Source: a virus
Lineage: Duplodnaviria; Caudoviricetes
Virus record (IMG/VR): IMGVR_UViG_3300033153_003717
Location: 1-51,392 of that record
DNA length: 51,392 nt
Reading direction: 5' to 3' (one strand)
Shown: positions 48,801 through 51,392 of the stretch, one piece after another
How positions within the stretch are numbered: the stretch's first letter is position 1
How the letters are laid out: each line of letters starts with the position of its first letter
The notes under the pieces: generated by a model
Seen by the model: the letters and a program-made list of their open reading frames with translations, nothing else
Told to the model about the DNA's origin: nothing
The model's database searches: none
Made by a program: the position numbers and the translations under genes

Positions 48801-51391
48801 CCACCGCTTGCTGTCCAATATGCATTGTCGGCTGTTAAACCTGTTAGGTTTGAACCATCTCCATAAAAAGCCGACGCTGAAACATTATTCCAAACATGAA
48901 GATGTTCTTGTGGTAACATTGTACCAATTCCTACATAATCATTTGCAGTCGTAATAACAAAAAGATAATCAGTTAAGTTGCTAACCTTTCCAATTCCAAA
49001 ATTTTCCGACCCATCTATTCCTGAAAACCAAGAATCTTCATTATTTTCATATTGTATTGTGGAAGCACCACCATGAGATCGTTGTAAATGAAGCATAGGT
49101 AATGAAGTTCCAGATATATGTAATAACGAATCAGGATTAGTCGTACCGATTCCTACATAACCACCATTTAAACCAAAATTGGCAGCACCATCTGCACTAT
49201 TGATTTCGGCTCTTATAGCATTAGAATCATCTTCATCACGAAAATAAAACATATTCCCAGCATCAAAATACATATGATTTCCAGCACTACTCTGTATTTG
49301 AACATATCCTGCTTCTGCAGCTATTCCAATGTTTCCTGCTACTGTTCCTATATTTATAGTTTCTGACGATACAATATGTGAAGTAGTACCATCCACATAC
49401 ATTCTGATATAGTCAGTAAGATTTTCACTAAACACTCTCAATGAATATCCATAACCACTACCACCATTACCAGTTACATAAATATCTCCACCACTAACAT
49501 GTAATTTAGCATCTGCATTTGGGTCAGTCGTACCGATTCCTACACTATTCATGAAATAACTATCTGAACCACTTTGTCTTATTGAACCAGTGAACTGATG
49601 TATATCGTCTCCAGTATCACCAAATTTTGTTGAACCAGATGCATAAACAATTGAACTGGAAACATATGATGTGTGAAATTCTTGAGCAGTAAGAAGACCA
49701 TTAACAGTAAGAGAACCAGTTATTAAAGCATCTCCAGCAACTTCCAATTTTACAGATGGATCGGTTGTGCCAATACCGACATAACTGTTTCCTACAAGAG
49801 TCAATAATTGATCTTGTATATTTGGTGCAGTATTTACAGCAAAAATCATTTTACTGGATGCAGGAGTAGCAGAATAATGGTTTATTAAACTATGATAATA
49901 TCTAAGATCCGCACTCAATGCCATTCTAATATATTCTCCAGCAGAATCTGCTATATATAATGGATATGATGAATTGGCTATACCAATTCCTACATTACTC
50001 ATTCTATGTATATTACCACCAGAACCAGTCCAATAGCTACCAGTTAATTCTTCAACAGTTGTTACTCTTGTGCTAAATGAACCACTATCAGTTTGAAGAT
50101 TTGATATGTCTGTCTGATTTGTGCTTATGTCGCTTTCATCAGTCGTAATTCTTGTATTAAATGACCCACTAAAATCAAAAGCGTTCTGTGCAAAAGATGC
50201 ACTTTCTATCGTACCTATTACACTGTCAGCTATATCAGCTCTCACAGCATGAGAAGCAGATACAGCATAACTTGAACTTTCTTCGTTTTCTAAAGTTGTT
50301 ACTCGTGTCGAAAAACTTCCTGAATCAGTCTCAAGATTTGTTATATCTGTTTCGTTGGTTGTTACTCTTGTACTGAATGAACCACTATCTGTTTGTAAAT
50401 TACTTATGTCCGTTTCATTATTAGTGACTCTCGTTGAAAAACTTCCACTATCAGTTTGAAGATTTGAAATATCTGTTTGATTTGTACTTATATCACTTTC
50501 GTCAGTCGTCAATCTACCTTCAAAACTTGAACTGTAATCAATAGCATTATCTGATATGTCAGCTCTCAAAGCATGACTCGCTGATGTAGCATAATCTGCA
50601 TAAGATGCTGTTTCATCAGTTTCTAAAGTTGTTACTCTTGTTGAAAAACTTCCACTGTCAGTTTGTAAATTACTTATATCTGTTTCATTTGTGGATATGT
50701 CGCTTTCATCAGTCGTCAATCTACCTTCAAAACTTGAACTATAATCAAAGGCGTTCTGTGCAAAACTGGCTGATTCAATCGTTCCAATCACACTATCAGC
50801 AATATCTGCGCGAACTGCATGTGAAGCAGACACAGCATAACTTGAACTTTCTTCATTTTCTAAAGTTGTCACCCGTGTACTAAATGAACCTGAATCAGTC
50901 TCTAAATTACTTATATCTGATTCATTCGTTGTTGCTCTCGTACTAAATGAACCACTATCAGTCTGTAAATTGCTTATATCTGTTTCATTTGTCGTAACTC
51001 TTGTTGAAAAACTTCCTGAATCAGTTTGTAAATCTGAAATGTCTGATTGATTTGTACTTATATCACTTTCATCAGTTGTCAATCTACCTTCAAAACTTGA
51101 ACTGTAATCAATGGCATTGTCGGCTATATCAGCTCTCACAGCATGACTCGCAGATACCACTCCAGTTATATATTCCCCATCACCATAAATTGAACCACTT
51201 ACTTTTATTGAACCTGTAAATTGATGTATATCATCAGCACTATCACCAAATTTGGTTGAACCAGAGGAATAAATAATGGATGCTGATACAAATGATGTGT
51301 GAAATTCTTGTGCTGTAAGAATACCTGTTACATCAAGATCTCCGTCTATTTCAACATTACCTTCTCTTGTTATTCCTGTTATACTACCAGT
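39836..51391 (-). CDS. Giant modular tail fibre, 5'-truncated (>3850 aa)
   Basis: The frame stays open upstream of the track start (51160) to the window edge. VGIGT modules, coiled-coil repeats, and a C-terminal KSFDIPHP...LEGPEYGVYYRG chaperone-like domain. Confidence 0.85.
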   Translation of the reverse strand, partial: TGSITGITREGNVEIDGDLDVTGILTAQEFHTSFVSASIIYSSGSTKFGDSADDIHQFTGSIKVSGSIYGDGEYITGVVSASHAVRADIADNAIDYSSSFEGRLTTDESDISTNQSDISDLQTDSGSFSTRVTTNETDISNLQTDSGSFSTRATTNESDISNLETDSGSFSTRVTTLENEESSSYAVSASHAVRADIADSVIGTIESASFAQNAFDYSSSFEGRLTTDESDISTNETDISNLQTDSGSFSTRVTTLETDETASYADYATSASHALRADISDNAIDYSSSFEGRLTTDESDISTNQTDISNLQTDSGSFSTRVTNNETDISNLQTDSGSFSTRVTTNETDITNLETDSGSFSTRVTTLENEESSSYAVSASHAVRADIADSVIGTIESASFAQNAFDFSGSFNTRITTDESDISTNQTDISNLQTDSGSFSTRVTTVEELTGSYWTGSGGNIHRMSNVGIGIANSSYPLYIADSAGEYIRMALSADLRYYHSLINHYSATPASSKMIFAVNTAPNIQDQLLTLVGNSYVGIGTTDPSVKLEVAGDALITGSLTVNGLLTAQEFHTSYVSSSIVYASGSTKFGDTGDDIHQFTGSIRQSGSDSYFMNSVGIGTTDPNADAKLHVSGGDIYVTGNGGSGYGYSLRVFSENLTDYIRMYVDGTTSHIVSSETINIGTVAGNIGIAAEAGYVQIQSSAGNHMYFDAGNMFYFRDEDDSNAIRAEINSADGAANFGLNGGYVGIGTTNPDSLLHISGTSLPMLHLQRSHGGASTIQYENNEDSWFSGIDGSENFGIGKVSNLTDYLFVITTANDYVGIGTMLPQEHLHVWNNVSASAFYGDGSNLTGLTADNAYWTASGGEIHRLSNVGIGTTDPGYLLEVSGSSKISGETYTALWVEGNSQGHVILKALGATSDYRTYDVLSSGDKFFIRRLNDDGTALNANVLTIDDDNVGIGTTNPSEKLHVSGNISISNSDESSHLYIDNDATNYNSGIMHKSIGTNKWFAGLRYNRHNNYTIYEVDGSDSERFTIIAGGNVGIGTTNPSALLHLSGSGVASGIQFGTDVTLYRGASNQLNTDNNFAAGTMYAGGGAGSMYASYFRALSTGVETHIGGNTNGFISFHSSASEGMRLTSGNVGIGTTTPEENLHVWSNVSASAYYGDGSNLTGLTADNAYWTASGGNIHRLSNVSIGTTDNSFGQLQIEGDGTFPQFTIIDNVGSVARYRFTAYYEASTGPSLIIDPNSTANHNLVLDNSGTGMMGLLVPDGNIGIGTTDPSVKLEVAGDALITGSLTVNGLLTAQEFHTSYVSASIVYSSGSTKFGDSEDDIHQFTGSLTVSGSIYGDGEFVTGVVSSSHAVRADISDNAIDYSSSFEGRLTTDESDISDLQTDSGSFSTRVTTLEAEESSSYAVSASHAVRADIADSVIGTIESASFAQNAFDYSASFSTRITTDESDISTNQSDISNLQTDSGSFSTRVTTNETDITNLETDSGSFSTRVTTNETDITKLETDSGSFSTRVTTTEESASIWKKNGGDIYVSDTTNYVGIGLTNPVVQLHVSGASRFLDNMAISAGKKLRFDWLNDGFEQIFLDSNNDFSLGSNAMIYGFQGSNGLHFFDTDEWVQYITLKNNKVGIGTTDPEEQLHVWSNVSASAYYGDGSNLTGLTADNAYWTASAGEIHRLSNVGIGTTNPDNILHAYQDINTYVRISVENPNTGNAAQAGLQLVSATSQLTLAAYASSYSVTSFADRVALFGDTTAGGINIAALAATGDIRLMTGGTNERVRINNTGYVGIGTDNPSVKLEVAGDALITGSLTVNGILTAQEFHTSYVSSSIVYASGSTKFGDSGDDIHQFTGSIRQSGSDSYFMNNVGIGTTNPGTSLEVYGTNEIIRITADTTGGNPYFSFYQTTTRRALVQFLDANNTLNIVSEYGDIAFEAASSQGSDSDTEYMRIQAGGNVGIGTVTPEENLHVWNNVSASTYYGSSLNIRNTIATSAPEISLTGDAAAAYLRHYNTGRGDTVFSNPAADSTFLFTNNSTLFGVGTLSSHPLIFATNDTERMRITNTGDIGIGTNNPDAKLHVSGTFQYGDYEQSNFATFASGTEYQGEGWYRISSWNNARGICTVYLSTRDNNAHNLIEADLTFGGYSTGNGIIIRKNMRYNPAPITKMRLSTEAQYIYLDLYIQQPTVYVGDIYISTRENQGVAGGNYAELSMSYNPIIGSNNVVIAATDYNVAHNIINVSSFNRGGTFIGSDNDEDYPTFRFSGSLTTGMFSPAVNEVALSTAATERFRIDSDGNVGIGTTVPQEDLHVWSNVSASEFYGDGSNLTGISADNLGDVATSASLWKQNGGDVYVSDTTNFVGIGTTNPTRMLHVTEEAQIDLLIVSSSGGWTYLTAQGSWMQLRSNVGSSYIRIPYNNDFVIISDRLGIGVTPDTGKELDVDGISQFRDDVHVTGSVSIGGSTNTNLYLKNPGGSGDSLIWWLDSTGADEFYIGQTAESSNFNFYNFLDGSFPLILYSDGDVRFIDSRIIMESSSGYVGIGTMSPEEQLHVWSNVSASTYYGDGSNLTGLTADNAYWTESAGEIHRMSNVGIGTNNPSAKLTVVNGGISVYEGAMYVRTGSVNSGKNVGLETPGLEIAQLGNISGNYALLKMAGWAAADGNYIQSIGIANNVTDMVFGVYDSGGASNEYMRLSDAGAVTVAKITGSLLTTGNVGIGVSVPDTKLDVNGGIKAGNIGGNTDFSSSIGQIQFNTDNTWGSPVIIDSDDVWGGNSGNPTIQMWRPTGAGDPYAWYVWKMLADPNGLHFKVDRNVSASEYGDYQSSFTDALTMDLYGNVGIQTADPRSDLHVWGNASASAFYGDGSNLTGLTADNAYWTASAGEIHRISNVGIGTINPSALLHLQRNESTYAINLVNTRDRAGIKIQASTAGTELFTVSRGANGMNLQSVGTDGSTAYAMLINPFGGYVGIGLTNPSTTLEVAGDALITGSMTVNGILYAQEFHTSYVSSSIVYASGSTKFGDTKDDIHQFTGSVEISGTLDVANGIYDEGIQLSFNDNPTVKLWNGSAGVSNGIVSLYNITTERVRIRASGETFFNGGNVGIGTNDPEQLFDVNGISQFRDDVHVTGSIFVQESGSFIQAVGIGTDFPMRFETVNTIDRTSGAKDDGIISVDGGFIIHADRNSNGTGITRALELYEDTDFILSAWAVSGEGRVGIGTHTASMALDVVGNVTASAFYGDGSNLTGINADNLGDVAVSASIWQTSASYAWLNDGNDEVGIGVSGSDIDAKFHIFSNETGSRAFLVEGQNGALFQVFDELSGSLFAVSDISGLPILEVFDDDKVVMGKYAENTLVVTGSKVGIGTDAPQGVLEIQENDTIITLGSSPLSAGYGGIWFNDVPDSSNYSIAAHSDSDLFINVPSTNDDIIFRSNNSATMMTITGDGLVGIGVTLPTHPLQVAGEISSSTWITAGQTFQTRIFGDASGARLQFGQAFDVDSLGTFGNHDSAFIWNSINRLIRIQQDSTDVMVIQTDGRVGIGTTNPQYTLQVNGGIRADNTTESSSFEDVTQTYPVEINYFTDRSLQMYWSSKIFNMQIDGDQASAIHIGDEFYITGSNGWVGIDTANPRNHLQIGSNPGNYSGNDLVVSNANGSIAVGNSAAGYAYISANNPLILNTTGNNIGLGSTHIPSEQLHVWGNVSASAFYGDGSNLTGISADNAYWTGSWGDGSDINRESDVYVTGSVHIAGTLYASAKSFDIPHPSGEGRLTYGALEGPEYGVYYRGKMKGEIIELPSYWQHLVDENSITVELTAIGKYQKLYVDSATNKRIIVKTKEWFSKVSEFYFTVFGERKDIDKIKVD
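46800..47330 (-). repeat. Second block of the same coiled-coil repeats
   Basis: Same units, including the SASHAVRADIADSVIGTIESASFAQNAFD segment. Confidence 0.8.
50040..51160 (-). repeat. Coding 21-aa (63-bp) coiled-coil repeats TDSGSFSTRVTTNETDISNLQ
   Basis: Tandem units visible in both protein and DNA. Confidence 0.85.
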
Positions 51392-51392
51392 C

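Noticed and set aside
46800-51160. Regular 63-bp repeats as a CRISPR array
   Set aside because: They are in-frame coding repeats with synonymous variation and no unique spacers; no cas genes are present.
3108-51219. Many short plus-strand and nested ORFs in the track
   Set aside because: They lie opposite or within well-supported genes and have shadow-like composition.
28293-51391. TTGGTACGA matches on the minus strand of the fibre genes as further sigma54 sites
   Set aside because: They are codons for IGTT, and the one I checked (near 31045) lacks the TTG element at the -12 spacing.
1-51392. Stop-codon reassignment, tRNA genes, introns or inteins
   Set aside because: Long genes are intact in the standard code, and I saw no cloverleaf or insertion by eye; no dedicated search was run.

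Overview
This is an AT-rich fragment of a large myovirus-type phage genome with a T4-like gene set; nearly all genes are on the minus strand. The left part is a replication/recombination block: gp41/DnaB helicase, 5'-3' exonuclease, Vsr/DUF559-like nuclease, RecA/UvsX, gp32-like SSB, a putative nuclease and a divergent PolA. The middle is a contractile-tail block (baseplate, LysM-like protein, tape measure, frameshifted tail chaperone, tube, sheath), interrupted by a bacterial-type topoisomerase IB, a thioredoxin and small accessory genes. The right part holds two giant modular tail fibres (2540 aa, and >3850 aa running off the window) and three LamG-like proteins. Three promoter classes can be read directly: sigma70-like early promoters, a recurrent ATATTTATA candidate late promoter, and three TGGTACG-N4-TTGT sigma54-like promoters. 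The sigma54-like sites lie upstream of the only four credible plus-strand genes (a lipoprotein, a secreted protein and two single-TM microproteins), which is the strongest candidate for an undescribed system. Other highlights are capsid-targeting-like leaders on topoisomerase IB and its neighbours, a late promoter inside an RBS-sequestering terminator hairpin, a gene-32-like UUAAA operator, a nucleotidyltransferase that has lost its catalytic motif by frameshift, and pervasive [ST]-x-S motifs in virion proteins. All functional calls come from motif reading; no database searches were run.
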